Positions 38,184 to 52,909 of a DNA stretch of 64,000 nucleotides are shown here, in pieces. Positions within the stretch are counted from its first letter, which is position 1. The number at the start of each line of letters is the position of its first letter. This DNA is from Octopus sinensis (Eukaryota). The translations under genes and the position numbers were made by a program. Where the stretch lies: assembly GCF_006345805.1 (NCBI RefSeq), contig NC_042998.1, forward strand, positions 4,030,001 through 4,094,000, written 5' to 3'. The notes beneath the pieces were generated by a model that did not search any database, had not been told where the DNA came from, and saw only the letters and a program-made list of their open reading frames with translations.

Positions 38184-39889
38184 CATACACGCACAACAAT
38201 ACACACTAAATACGTTGTGTTTTGTCCAGTAACAACAATGTTAGCTTTTTATACATACATACATTTGTCTATACAACACATATATATATTCATATCTGTA
38301 TATATTCATGTATATATATACATATTTATGTACACATACTTTTGCGCTACTGAGCATTACTATGTAGCTTTATCTTATAAAGTAAACTAGCTTGGTGGAC
38401 ATGTTTGTGAATCTTACAATATTATAATATTACCTGTTGTCATTTGCAAACACAAAGCAGAAATTAATTTAAAATAATGTTCAAAAGCAGCTGGACAAGT
38501 GGATTCTGACATAAATTGTCAACATTTATCTAATGTAATATTATCTTGAATAGAAAAACGAGAAAAACATAACATATTAATCATACCTAAATATCTTTTA
38601 CTATCAGATAAAATATTTTTCATTCTCTTACTTAACAACTTTGTCTTGAGCACATGATTAATTCCACCTTTAAATAAATACTCTTAAAATTTAGAAATAT
38701 GTTCACTCAATATTTATAATGCAGGTACGAAGTAAGTGCGAAATTAATGCATTAAAATAGTAGTACTGAGTTTCTTCAAAGTTTTAGTAATGAAAATTTA
38801 CCTGAGTGTTCCTACTTTATTTTAAGTCTTTCAAAGTCTTTGTTTCAACTCCATATTCTTTCTAAACTGTCAATTATTTCGTTATGACAGGTCTCACCGT
38901 TTCAGAGTCAACATACCATGACACTCAAAGTAATATTGGTTTCACACATAACATATAGCCATATCCTTAACAAAGTAGTTGAATTGATATTATTACATAA
39001 CTGGCACTTATCGTAATGGCATTGAATAAAGGAAAGGCAAAATCGTATGTTGGTGGGATTTGAAACCATAATATAAAATCTGTAAATTATATATTTCTTT
39101 CATTCCATCAGCAAGGGATAAAAAAAATGAATATCGACATTTTTCTTTTGCTCTATGACAGATACTCCATGGGAGACCATATGCTGCTATCGAATATTGA
39201 AAATTGAGCTTCAAAGTATTCACTCTGTTACTTGAAGAAATGTGAAATAAAATCCTTATATAATAGTGAGAATTAAAGCTGGAATTGATGAATTGTATTT
39301 GTATGCATAGAAACGTGATGGGCTCATATTACTGAAACTGCAGAGGCAAGTAAAATGGCTGCATTAAAGAGAAGTAATTGAAATAGATTAAATGGATGAA
39401 TATAAATAGTCCAAAATACAATAATGTCTGTTTTGGGAGTTAGAATACAATAGAAACACACTAAAACACATGAATAAAACAACAGAATAATTTTATGGAA
39501 TAAATAAATTTATTCCCCATTAGGAAACACTGTAAGCATTTATAGAATGAGGCCTTGAACTTCGAAATGAATATCATTCAAATAATGTTCTTTTGTTGAC
39601 TGGATTGCTTGTATAATTGGAGATATGAAAATGGTATCAATAGGTAAATAAAGGCCAAGAAAACTAGGTAAAGCCAGGATATCCTTCAGATGTGCTGGAA
39701 AAAATGTTTTGTGTCATTATGGATTAGATGTAGAATCCTATTTTAATCATCGAAAAAACGAGCTGTGTCAAATATTTAGTAATAACTATTACATAGATTG
39801 CAGATGCTTCATTCAGTATTGCCTCCAGACTATTTTCTCAGACGTATGTTATTTTCGGAAAAAAATAACACCGAAGAAGTTCATTCTAT

Positions 39890-40058
39890 AGTGTTTACTG
39901 TTTCCCCCAACAAGCAATTTCTGGAACCACCGTTGACACCGGCTTACGCTTATTGTCCGATCCTCATATACTGCATTAAAATTCCTTGCACCTTCCGTTG
40001 CATCGTTGCCTCTGTTGAACTCATAAAACAAAATGTGCTGAATATGCTTCTTTGTCAC
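39890..40058 (-). pseudogene. Mariner transposase N-terminal HTH fragment
   Basis: KKHIQHILFYEFNRGNDATEGARNFNAVYEDRTISVSRCQRWFQK resembles the mariner/SETMAR-type HTH. Confidence 0.75.
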
Positions 40059-40509
40059 TTCAATTATAGCTTTGATAAAAATAACTTACAATCGAACTGC
40101 ACTCTTCAAAATTTGCCTTAAGAATAAGGACATGGTAAAATTACTACTTGCTTTTATAGCAAATTGATACAGGTAATTTATCCCGTCTCCCTCCGACTTT
40201 TAGTTCATGCAACTGAAAAAATCGCATTATTTATGGGATGACCCAATAATTATTGTGAAAAAGCGAACCCAATTTGTAACCCAATTTAATTTGTCTACGA
40301 ACACACAGTGCTATGAAAGAATAATTGCAACATTTTGAAATAAGCGATGTTCTTTAATTCAGTGCTATGTTGGTGTACATATGCATGTTTCTACAAGTCT
40401 GTACATGTAGATGACTTCACATGTGAGTGGAGGGGAAATAAAAAATAAAAGACTTAAAAAACTATAACAAATATTACTTAATAGATAATACTCACCAATG
40501 TTAATTAAT

Positions 40510-40580
40510 AAGAAGATGGAACTTGGAGAAGCAATGAATATTAAGAAGATGGAACTTGGAGAAGCAATTAATATTAAGAA
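40510..40580. repeat. 33-bp tandem duplication
   Basis: AAGAAGATGGAACTTGGAGAAGCAAT(G/T)AATATT x2. Confidence 0.85.
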
Positions 40581-40689
40581 TTACGAAGATCCAATAACAA
40601 TTCTAATACACCAAATACTCTCGCTTACATAACAGCACATAATCCAAATAATACAATAACATAAAATGTTATCCATCAAGATATCACCC

Positions 40690-41235
40690 CAGTGCTTCTA
40701 AGTAGTTACGAGAAACTTCAGGCTAATTTCAACAATGGTGAAGAAAAGGTTACGGAATCAGCAGGATGGCGAGATAATATGAAATTTCTATTTCATTTGA
40801 CCAGAGTTTTTCGTTTCTTTGAAGAAACCGGAAAATTTCTTACTGTAAAGTTTCAAAAAATATCCAACTTAAGTAATGCAGCATGAAATTCTGGGGCAAC
40901 ACTAGCTATTTTGGCATTTATTCCTCTACCAGAGAAAAGAGTTTTGCTTCTCAATGTTTGTCGATTCATCTCTTACAGTTGGGCAGAGTTTTCGTTTACA
41001 GTTTACAGATAAAATGTTTAATGCACATGATTATCAGAAGTGATGTGTTAGCCTGCAAGTTCATAAAAAGCATTGAACTCTGTAAAAAACTTTTGGAGTC
41101 GAGAAGCATCAAAACTGGAAATTCCCAGAACAAATCAGAGTTCAGAACGGGTAATCAAGGGCCTCCAACATCTTTATGATGTTTGTAAAAAGGAGAAACT
41201 TCAGCTTCGATTTATTTTATCTAACAAAAATATTT
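40690..41235 (+). pseudogene. Decayed DNA-transposase-like relic, superfamily undetermined
   Basis: Frames join into ..LAILAFIPLP..CRFISYSW..KNFWSREASKLEIPRTNQSSERVIKGLQHLY..LQLRFILSNK; N-x-x-x-ER-x-x-K resembles a catalytic-Glu motif; stops and frameshifts present. Confidence 0.45.
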
Positions 41236-43519
41236 ACTCTTTGTTATGTTTAGAAATTCGCTAACAATCAGCACCCTTTTTCTTATATAGTTATTTAAAA
41301 CTGGAATTAAACCTATAAAGTAAAAAATATGTATTGTTTTTAATTTTGTATATTATCGAAAGCTAGTAGTGGCTTCTGTCACAAAATAGCCTAGTTTTGA
41401 ACCTTTGCATAAAGCAATTTCAATTCAGTAATCTTCTGAATGTATAAATACACTTTTATTCCACATCTCTCTCGCATTTAGGAGGATTTAGGCTGCGGAA
41501 ATACTGAAGCGTAAATCTAGTGCCATCTAGTGGTTATAGTTTAAAATATCCATAACTCCGAAACTACTTCAACTAGAAAGCTGAAATTTCAGATATACTA
41601 TTTCTGCATTTCATTGAGTCAGCACTCTAAGTTTAGTAAAACTTGAGCAGGTGCATGATTTGGGTCAAAAGTGGTGATTTCTTATATTGGAGGTGACATC
41701 TTTTCACAATAAAACAAAATAAATGTTAATTTCTTAACTTATGAATTATTCATCGAATTACAGTATAGGATTACTAGGTTGCAAAAAGTCATAACCCTAG
41801 TATATATATATATATATATATCTGTATAAATGCAAGCACGCAAATATATTCATGTATGCTTATGGGGCGCATATAAATGCATATACATGTACATGCTTAT
41901 GCATATAAATGCATGAGGTTTAATACATGTGATGTGTGTGCGTGATTGTATCTGTGTTGATATATTTTGTTATTTCTAATTTATTTGAATCTTTATAACT
42001 TTTGTCCTTCTATAGGTAGATAGATATTTACTGTAAAATATTTCAAACATATTTTGTATTAATATAGTAGACCGCATCTCCATGTATTAAAACGGATCCC
42101 CATGAAGAAAAAGTGGCGGAAACACAAACGTAGAGAAACTACCTTAAACCTAACGAAAAGAGGGCTATATGAGGAGTTTAAGCAATTATGTAAATGGAAC
42201 CGTGTGTGGAAAGTTTCAATAAGAAATAATCAAGGATGCAAAAAATTAAACTGTGATGGAAAAATGCAAAATAGAGAATAAATAAAATACATTACACTCG
42301 TTCGCATAAAACCTCAGAGTTCTATAAAAAAAAAAAAAAACTTGCGCCAGTTCCAATGGAATTTTGTCTGGAACCAGGTTGCAGGTGTTCGATGGCAATT
42401 TTGACACTGGAAGAAATAAACAAAATCTGACTGCAGCTGATTTTGAGCGTTTTAAATGAGGGAGATACTTCTTCCACAATTTAATTGAAAATATTAACAT
42501 TTAAAAACACATTCGCTTCCTAGAAAATAGCTTTGATACATTGAAATATGAGGACATTAACTTAAAGCAACAAAGCCAAATAAAAACACATAATAAAGAG
42601 GATATTCTCATTACCAATACAGGATAGTGGAACTTCTATAAGTTTCTATATTCATTAGATCATGTAAAAATTCGTATGTACACATAAAAATAAAACCCAT
42701 TATAGTTATAAGATAATTATTATTATAATATATTTTGAAGAGCATTTTTCGATTATGAGGGTTTTTAACTTCGAAAATCCCGATTCAAGCTTTAGGTGTC
42801 AAAATTTACACAACATCAAACATCAGTATTATACTACACATGAACAGATGAAATAGAAACTACAGAAATTTATGCATGTGACATTGTCTTATATACTTAA
42901 CGCCAGCTTTTAAAATCGTAGTTCATTTATCCTTTTTTTAAAATTATATTTTGCATTATATTTTGCAAATATACTTATAGGATATGAAGTGATCTATAAA
43001 AAGTCGAAAGCGTTTAAATTTTTAGGTGTATTAAATAGATGACTTGTCAAATTTGAAAGAAAGCTTAGGCGTTTCTCAGAAAAAAAAGCAACCCCAAACT
43101 TTTTTGTCAGTTTTTGTTTTACTTACAGTTCAGTAAGGAAAAAAAAAAGAAGCGCTGAAGATTCTAATGGAATATGGTAAATCAAATATGAACATTAAAT
43201 GATTTTAAGTTCCTTATGCTTGCAAATTTACAGTACAAATTAATAATCATATTTCTCTTTCAGCATAAACATTCATCGGTGGCCTGGTGGATGAAAGCTG
43301 CATTACCATTTGTATGAAAATTGTGCTTCCTAATACGAAATCAGCTATGTGGTACCTACATTTTTCAGGAAAGCAGGATCTGCTGACAACCAAAGAAAAA
43401 TTGTATCGAAACATTGTGGATGTCAATGTTTAAATTGCTCGAAAGCCGAAGATAATATTGTCCGAATATTTTTATCGACTAAAGATTGTGCATTTAAAAC
43501 AGTTGGTATTATTAGTGAA

Positions 43520-43632
43520 TAGAATGCTCCCGAACACATAGTCGCCTGTTCTGTCCCACTGTGTGGCACCGCGGACAAATAGCTATAATTCTGAGCCGAC
43601 CACAACTTGTGAGTGGGTTTGGTAGACGGAAA

Positions 43633-43681
<49 letters not shown>

Positions 43682-43927
43682 CACATACACACATATATCT
43701 ATGTATGTGTGAGTATTTGTGCATGCGTTTGTCCCCTTACCATCGCTCGACAACTGGTGCTGGTTTGTTTAAGGCTCCGCAACCTAGCGTTATGGCTTAA
43801 GAGATCAGTACATTGAGACCAGGTTTTAAAAAATAATTAGTGGGGCCGATTCGTTCGACTAAAAATCTTCAAGGTGGTGCCTTGGAATATCTGCTGTTCA
43901 ATAAGTGAAACCAAGTAAGAGATAAAA
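43520..43927 (+). mobile_element. SINE family A, diverged
   Basis: ttgtgagtgggtttggtagacggaaactgaa, (CA)n, then the family A 3' part. Confidence 0.75.
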
Positions 43928-44118
43928 TATTGGAGATTTATATTTAATATCTAGAAAAATAAAATATCTTTTCGATATTTCTTTTTCTTGTAAAATGGTA
44001 AAGACTGAAACACAATACTTCGGCTTAAGTAAAATCATCTTTCTTTTTAAAATGGAGATAACCACAGTTGATCTCGATTTACCTCTCACAGTATATATAC
44101 ACTCACATATGCATAAAT

Positions 44119-44152
<34 letters not shown>

Positions 44153-44611
44153 GGAGTGTTAAATAACAATCCGATTATATAACCTTACGCTCATCAGAAT
44201 TAGCAGATATGGAAGGGAATATGGCGATTGCTCTCCATTGCCGGAGTTGGATCAACACATCCGGTTTGCGGCTGCTGTGAAAAAGGTAGTGAAGCGAAAA
44301 AGGTCCAGGGGATTAGGTTAGGAGTTATGTTGCTTGGTTGGGTACTCTGTAAGGCCGGTAAGAGTTATCTTCAAGTGTCTGTGGGGAAAGGGGCCGTTAT
44401 TAAGTGTCGTGTTCCTGTGGGGATGAGGTGTGTGATATGTGTAGTGGTGTCATATGCTATTTTTTCCATGTATATATATATAAATATATGTATATAATAT
44501 ATATATATATATTATATAATATATATTATATATATATATATGTTATGTATGTATGTATGTATGTATGTTGTATGTATATATATACATATTATGTATGTAT
44601 ATGTATGTATA

Positions 44612-44644
<33 letters not shown>

Positions 44645-44702
44645 ATTTGTGTATGTTATATATTACTTGTTGCTCTAATGATACATATATTTGAGACACG
44701 TA

Positions 44703-45065
44703 TCTCTATATATAAACGGCAGTTTGTCTGTGCGTGTTTCTGTGTGTCTGTTTTCTCGTACCCCACCCTGACCATGGCTTTCAACCGATTCTGATGAAAC
44801 TTGACACACATAGCCCAATGTCATAATTCAAAACTAAACGCAGCGAAAATTTTGAAAAGTTCCCCCAGTTCTGAAAATCGATAAATTCGACATGGGGTCG
44901 AGAATCAGAAACACAAACCGCAAACTGTCTAGGGGACGCAACTCCACCTTTTTTCACTCTAAAAAAAATTTACCATTTTTTTGCTATTTTTTGGCTATAA
45001 CTCTCTAAAAATGCTTTATAGTTATTTCCCTTACAAACCTGAGCAACGCCGGGCGATACTGCTAG
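44703..45065 (+). mobile_element. Non-autonomous Helitron
   Basis: A|TC 5' end, subterminal hairpin CCTGAGCAACGCCGGG (45038-45053), CTAG|T 3' end, no TSD. Confidence 0.8.
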
Positions 45066-45994
45066 TATGTTATAAACATCAGGCACGGCTCCAGATACAG
45101 ACATATTGAACCGTTCAAAAGACTGCTCTAGCTACATTTACCATATCTTCAATTTACCTCTACTCTGGGTACATTTCATAAAATAAAATTATTCCATTAT
45201 CCAAAGAAATTCAATTTTCATGTTGTCACCCATCCCCCCATACATTGAACAACGCTTTCTACATCCAGTCAATTTTCTAGTTTGATTGTGCACAATTTTC
45301 ATCTGAAGTAATGCACGTAACTTTTATAGTTGATACTTAATCTATTTCTCTCCAATTACGGCATTTCTACGAATTTCACATTCTAATTATCATTATTATT
45401 TAGCATCACACAGTGTTATTGATTTACATATGCTTTCCACATATGTTTATATGAAATAACATATTGTGTACGGTATATGTAACAATTCATTAAAATTCAT
45501 CGACGCTTTTTCTAATCTATGTCATTTTACTATCACGATCATTATTTGTATAAGCAATTATATTCCTAGGAAGCTAAACCGTATTTGCCATACGGCTTTT
45601 AATTTGCAGTACGGTGCCGATTTATGCAACAGTTTATTGCTGTTTATGTTGATAATTAATTCCTGGATATAAAATATAGTTTTATGTCTACGATCATTAA
45701 CTTGTATATAGCCATTGTTTATACTGACTACAACAGAATTCTTCACCGCCAGATTTTTGTGTTGTTTTAATAAACTTTCTTTGTTGGAAAAAGCTTTTTG
45801 CTTTCAGCATAAAAACTACAATTTTACAATTGTCTCTGAACAGACATTACAATATCAATGTTTGTTATGACGTATACATACACTCATTCACACCACACAC
45901 ATGTGTATACACACGCACACACACACACACACACACACAACACACACACACACACACACATACACACACACATACACAAACACACACAAACACA

Positions 45995-46041
<47 letters not shown>

Positions 46042-46084
46042 CACAATGTATATGAATATGTGTTTATGCATATATTCATATATT

Positions 46085-46290
46085 GATTTCAAATTTGGCA
46101 CAAGACCAGCACTTTCAGGATAGGGACAAATCGATTAAGTCAACCCTAGTGCTCAACCGATACTTAATTTATCGATCCCCAAAAGATGAAAGGCAACTTG
46201 AACACAGAACCCGGCAGCATTTGAACCCAGAACGTAAAACGGACGAAATGCCACTCAACATTTTGCTCGGTGTGTTAACGATTACACCAG
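46085..46290 (-). mobile_element. Older SINE family B-related copy with a different tail
   Basis: gatgaaaggcaa..gcatttgaacccagaacgtaa..ccagctcgccgc; tail shared with 29290-29395. Confidence 0.7.
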
Positions 46291-46348
46291 CTCGCCGCTC
46301 TTCTGCATATATACAGTCAAATACACACACACACATATATATATACAC

Positions 46349-46402
<54 letters not shown>

Positions 46403-46421
46403 CTATCTATCTATCTATCTA

Positions 46422-46493
<72 letters not shown>

Positions 46494-46651
46494 TAATATA
46501 TATGTATACAGGGATGAATACACCCCCCTACACACTCATGTATAATAATGAACTTGTTACTTAGGGCCAAAATAACTCCAAGCCTGTTAGAGAATCCAGC
46601 GCCCCAAGAAAGGTTAATTAGACAATCATAGCTTTCCCTCCCCTTCTTTGT

Positions 46652-46738
<87 letters not shown>

Positions 46739-47070
46739 CACATATATTCAGAGTGAAAATTTACGTACTATGTGCTGTTTTCTCAAACGTTAAAATGGGA
46801 CTTCCCCAGACCTGCATCAAATGTGCTCTTTAATGGTGCATTGGAATACCCTGTCTTTCCACCCTACCAAGGCCTTAGATATACACACACACACACGCGC
46901 ACATACATGTACACACATACACACACACATGCACACACACATACACACACACACCTGTGTGCATATGTATGTATATACATATATACATATTATATACTAT
47001 GTATATATATACATACATATACATATTACCACACATATATACATACATACATACATACATCATACATACA

Positions 47071-47115
<45 letters not shown>

Positions 47116-47269
47116 ATATACATACACATACATATATATATATATAAATTTAAATAACGAGAATAAATGAATATTAATTTAATTAATATCAATTTAAAAC
47201 CAGTAACCTAGCATATATAAAAAATCTGAAAAATCAGAAAATGTTTCAATACATGTATATATATATATA

Positions 47270-48150
47270 CATGGGTTGGACAAAATAATGGAAACACTTT
47301 AAAATTTCAAACAAATTTATTCAATATGGTGTAGGACTGTCTTTGGCAGTAATTACAGCTTGAATTCTACGAGGTTTGAACTCGTACAAAGTTTGAATTA
47401 CTTCCTAAGGAATTTTTGTTCATTCTTCAGTTAAAACAGTCTCCAGTTTTTGTGTGATGATGGTAGAGGATATCGACTCCTTGTTTTTCTAAAATGTACC
47501 ATAAATGTTCAATGATATTGAGATCTGGGGACTTTGTTGGCTAGAAAAGATGTTCAACTTCATTAGAATGTTCCTCGTACCATTCAGTAACAAATTTAGC
47601 TGTGTGAATTGGTGAATTATCATACTGAAAGATTGCGTTTCCCCGCGAAAACAGTTCCGCAACCACAGGATGAATTTAATCAAATAAAATTCTTAAATAG
47701 TCTTGACTATTGGGCAGGTGGATTTCCAAGAAATAGCCCACCAGATCATCACAGATCCGCCTTCACGTTTAACAGCTGGAAGAAGGCAGTCTGGGTGAAA
47801 TGCTTCTTTTGGCTGTCTCCACGTGTATACTCGGCCGGTGGTCGGAAATAAGGTACAGGATGACTCGTCCGAGAAAATAACATTCTTCCACTGCTCTAGG
47901 GACCAGTTCTGTAGGTTTTTATTCCACTGTAAACGCTTTGCAACGTCTGTTTTTGAAAGTAGTGGTTTTCTGGTTGCAGCCCTCTCATGAAATCCGGCTT
48001 TGTGCTGCTCCCAGTGAACAGTTTTTTGTGTAAACTGGGTTCTCGGGGGTGGTCTTTAAGCTCTGCAGTAATTTTGGGAACTGTACTTCTGTGATCCTTT
48101 CTAACAATTCGCATAAGAGTCCGACGGTACCTATCTGAAAGTTTTGGTTT
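47270..48150 (-). mobile_element. Tc1 transposon, 5'-truncated, decayed DD34E-type transposase
   Basis: TA|CATGGGTTGGACAAAATAATGGAAACAC terminus; translation GRKPKLSDRYRRTL..RKPLLSK..WKNVIFSDES..GGSVMIW..FQYDNSPIHTAK..KSPDLNIIEHLW. Confidence 0.88.
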
Positions 48151-48186
48151 TCTTCCGGAAAGTACAAATATACATATATCTTACAG

Positions 48187-48485
48187 ACACTCCGTCGGTT
48201 ACGATGGTGATTGTTGAGCTGATCCAATCAACTTAACAGCCTGCTCGGAAAATTAAGGCGCAAGTGGGTGAGCCCTCCACAAATACTCGTTCCCTTACTG
48301 CACTTCTCGGGGAGATTCATCATGACACAAAATGTGATATGGCTGGCCCTTTGAATAATAGATACAACAAATTTTTGTCGGCTGAGTGAATAGGAACAAC
48401 GACACAAATTCCCACTAGAAATCGAACTCATGACCTTACGATCGTTAGTCGAATAACGTAACCACTAAATCATGGGCATTCACAC
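48187..48485 (-). mobile_element. tRNA-type SINE family C
   Basis: Reverse-complement head gatttagtggttacgttattcgactaacgatcgtaaggtcatgagttcgatt; tail ...gtaaccgacggagtg. Confidence 0.75.
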
Positions 48486-48539
48486 TCACACACACACACA
48501 TACACACACTCAAACACGCACATACATACACTCGAACCC

Positions 48540-48697
48540 AGGCTTCTATCAGGTTCCGACTGCCGAATCACTTCTCAAGTTTTGGTAGGTCTTGGGTTAT
48601 AGTAGAAGAAAATTGCCAAAGCTGTAAAGCAGTGAGACCGAACCCAGAACCGTATGGTTTGTAAGTAAACTACTTACCACACAGATCGCCTGCACCT
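48540..48697 (-). mobile_element. SINE family A, diverged 5' part
   Basis: Reverse complement of the family A head. Confidence 0.7.
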
Positions 48698-49096
48698 TGA
48701 CTTAATTTATGTATACTTACATAAACACACATAGATATACCGAATTATATACTTTATAATATATATATAAATTTCATTTACATGTATATATATATGTGCC
48801 TGTATGCCCGTGCGTCTGTGTGCGCGTGTATATATATATATATACACACACATGTATACTTTGTATAGTTGGTATGCAATGCAGTTACCTTAGTATAAGT
48901 ATAAACATATATAGGCATAAATGGAATTATACTCAATTACATCAACAAAAATAGCTTTTAGTTCAGAAATAAAAATGTTGAAATAATATCTTTATTCAAA
49001 ATCATTTAAGATATATCAAAATAAAGCATTTATATTACCTACATACACACACGCACGTCGCACACGCCACACGCACGGACTCACAAATATGTATAT

Positions 49097-49136
<40 letters not shown>

Positions 49137-49148
49137 ATTGTATATATT

Positions 49149-49219
<71 letters not shown>

Positions 49220-49395
49220 ATATATATAATATATATTATATATATATATGTATATATTTGTATATATAAATATATATTAATATATAAAAATACATATTGT
49301 CATATGTTTGTGTGCGCGTATATATATATAACTCTATTATATACACATCTATTACATATATCATTCACAAATATTATATATGTATAACCGTACTA

Positions 49396-49433
<38 letters not shown>

Positions 49434-50013
49434 TACATGCATATATATACACATATATATCTATATATATCTATACATATACATACATATATATATACAC
49501 ACACCTATATATCTACTCACATATATATATACATACATATATATACATGCATATATATATATATATGCATACACTCACACACTTGTATCTATACATACAT
49601 ATATATACTCACATATATATACTCACATATATATATATGCTTATATATATGTGCATACACTCACACACACACACGTATCTATACATATATACATATATGG
49701 AATTTGATGTAAAATTTGAAGGATTTTCAATAATCATTCAAGCCGTAATTGAGATATCAGGTGTGTAAATGCCTTGTTATTCACTTCACTAAGTTAAAGT
49801 AGGAAACATAATCAATAAAGTGTTGTAGTGTAGATTAAAGAAAAATGCATTTAATTGTTTCTTGAACCAACTAAATATACAAACATACATACATACACGC
49901 ATACACACATATATACACATTTATATATATGTATATATTAATATATATGTATATGTAGATGTGCATAAGCATAAATCTATATATGTATGGTATGTATTTT
50001 GCGTATATATATA

Positions 50014-50048
<35 letters not shown>

Positions 50049-50174
50049 CGTAGTGATAATACAATATCAACAACGTTCACTTAATTAATTGGGGAAATTT
50101 TTCTAAAGAGAAGGAAGAATACTGGAAAAATATAACACTTGATAAGTTCTTTCTTAATCGAAATACTATCATTG

Positions 50175-50333
50175 GATTATTGTTGTTATTGATGTTGTTG
50201 TTGCTTCTGTTTTTGTTGTTTCTGCTTTTGTTGTTGTTGCTGCTGCTGTTTTTTATTGTTGTTGTTGTTGATATTCTTCTTCTTCTTCTTCTCCTCCTCC
50301 TCCTTCTTCTTTTTCTTCTCATTATCATTATCA

Positions 50334-50397
<64 letters not shown>

Positions 50398-50496
50398 CAT
50401 ATTATTTCATATTATTATTGTTGTTATTATAAAAATAAAACTACTGAATAATAATAATAATAATGATAATAATAATAAGAAGTATTATTATTATTA

Positions 50497-50535
<39 letters not shown>
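50175..50535. repeat. Compound trinucleotide array (GTT/GCT)-(CTT/CCT)-(ATC/ATT)-(AAT)
   Basis: Direct inspection; explains the poly-L/I/R ORFs. Confidence 0.95.
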
Positions 50536-50919
50536 GTCGTTTGCTTTTTTTGTGGATAAAATAAGGTATTTATTCTGAAGCTGCTAATATAAGAAGTTGT
50601 TTGAAAATTAACACTAAGTCGGCTAAAAATGTTGTCAGATTGTTAGGCTGTTCGATTCATTTCTTTTGCTATTCCATATAAATTGCTCAGCGCGGTTAAT
50701 ATATTGGGAAGATACAATAAAAACAATATTCAATTAATTAGTTTTACACCTCAAAATGTGTCACTCTCTCCCAGATTCTATCTGGGAATTTCATATATAA
50801 AAAACTAAAACAAAATATATGTACTTTATGTCATATATACAACTTTACTCCTACCAATAGATCTATCCATCATATATATATATATATATTAATATAATAT
50901 AATATCTATCTACGTCTGA

Positions 50920-51025
<106 letters not shown>

Positions 51026-51108
51026 CCTCTATCTATCTATCTATCTATCTATCTACCTATCTATCTATCTTCTACCTATAAAAGTATGTGTGTATGTGCG
51101 TATATATA

Positions 51109-51147
<39 letters not shown>

Positions 51148-51558
51148 TAAATATTAATTATACTCATAATATATAAAAATTTCTGTATAGTTTTACCGAT
51201 AATGGTTCTTAACATGCTGAACTACTTGGTAAAATTATTATTATTAATTAATTATTAATTTTACCCATTATTATTATGGATGATATAATTCTCTCCCTGA
51301 TAGTAAACTACAGTTTTTTTCTGTAGAATTTTACTCATTAGCACACGTGGGTGAGTGAGGAGGAATGCGGTAAAAAATAAGAAATAAGTGGAAATTTTAC
51401 CGGTGAGTGTGTTAAATATAAGGCACAAAACAAAATGACTCTCCCCAGACACAACAGTATATATATTACAGTTATGTTGAAACAGGTCATACACGAAAGT
51501 GCAGCATTGTCGACAAAACAACTGTAGAGTAATAATATAATGTTATAATAATATATTA

Positions 51559-51945
51559 TTATTGCGTGGAATCAAGTAACCTAACCTCCTAATGTGCCGC
51601 AAACCCCTTATTTTTGTACGAAAAAAGAGGTGGGTGGGAAAACGGAACCCCCCTCCTCCCGGAATCATTGGAATTTTTTCTTCGTTGAATGAATTACGGT
51701 GATCTTATTCACCACAAAACCAACCACTCTGAGAATGTAGCTAGTGCTTTTTGAGTTCCACCAGCACAGGGGCCAGTCGGGTGGCACTGGCATCCACCAC
51801 GCTCGGATGGTGCTTTTTACGTGCCGCCGGCACTAGCATCGGCTGCATATTATGGTGCTTTTTACTTGCTGCCCGCTCCCGTTTTCCGGACAAAAAAAAG
51901 GGGGTTTTGTGGCACATTAGGAGGTCACTGTAATTCATTCAACGA
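51559..51945. other. Rearranged local duplication of 54077-54300 (direct) and 54548-54712 (inverted)
   Basis: 51559-51722 is the reverse complement of 54548-54712; 51720-51945 matches 54077-54300; shared CCA at the junction. Confidence 0.85.
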
Positions 51946-52494
51946 CAATATTATATTCAGTTACGTGACAATACGTCCGTTTGGAGGACTCAATGCTGTA
52001 ATCTATCATGGAAAATTGGGGTATATAATTTTTTGAACCCACCGAAAGCTGTCAGTGGATATACTGCGTCTAACACGACCCATCGTATGGTTGAGAGTCA
52101 AATGAATGAAGGTGTAACGGAGATTTTGTACGTTAATGGGTACATTCCAGATATGGTCTGCACCGGGAGACGGCAACGGAAATGTGAACTGTCGAAATGT
52201 TGCAGAAGGCGAAGGGTTGACATTGGATTTCTGGAGCGGCTGTAGAATAAGAAACATAAGGTGAGCGTATGCTGTCACATGAGAAAATGTAGTAATGAAT
52301 TACTTGTAAAATTAAGGCATAATGGCTGACCAGGCGGTATGTATTTAGTACGTCTGTACTTTTGTATGCAGTGTAAATTAACGAAATATAAGCAAATGAA
52401 CGAGATAGAAGCCCATGTATGGAACTGCTAATTTAACGGTAAATCACACAATAATTATTACATAGAGACAAAGAATTATATATATGTATTTTAT

Positions 52495-52909
52495 TCTTTT
52501 TCTTGTTTCAGTCATTTTTGACTGCGGCCATGCTGGAGCACCGCCTTTAATCAAGCAACTCGACCCCGGGACTTATTCTTTTGTAAGCCCAGTACTTATT
52601 CTATCGATCTCTTTTGCCGAACCGGTAAGTAACGGGGAGATAAACACACCAGCATCGGTTGTCAAGCAATGCTAGGGGGACAAACACAGACACACAAACA
52701 CACACACGCACACACCCACACATATATATATATATATACACATATACGACGGGCTTCTTTCAGTTTCCGTCTACCAAATCCACTCACAAGGCTTTGGTCG
52801 GCCCGAGGCTATAGCAGAAAACACTTGCCCAAGGTACCGCGCAGGGGGATTGAACCCAGAACCATGTGGTTGGTAAACAAGCTACTTACCACACAGCCAC
52901 TCCTGCGCC
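52495..52909 (-). mobile_element. SINE family A, full length
   Basis: Reverse complement is near-identical to 18752-19147. Confidence 0.9.

Noticed and set aside
43260-43432. Candidate host exon after a pyrimidine-rich AG (about 55 open codons)
   Set aside because: All three frames from the acceptor hit stops, there is no donor site or recognisable domain, and no neighbouring exons.
44170-44200. CTGATGAGCG on the minus strand as a hammerhead
   Set aside because: No GAAA or stem II closure downstream.
52006-52278. 70-90 aa ORFs in moderately GC-rich sequence
   Set aside because: No domain similarity recognised; lengths are compatible with chance.
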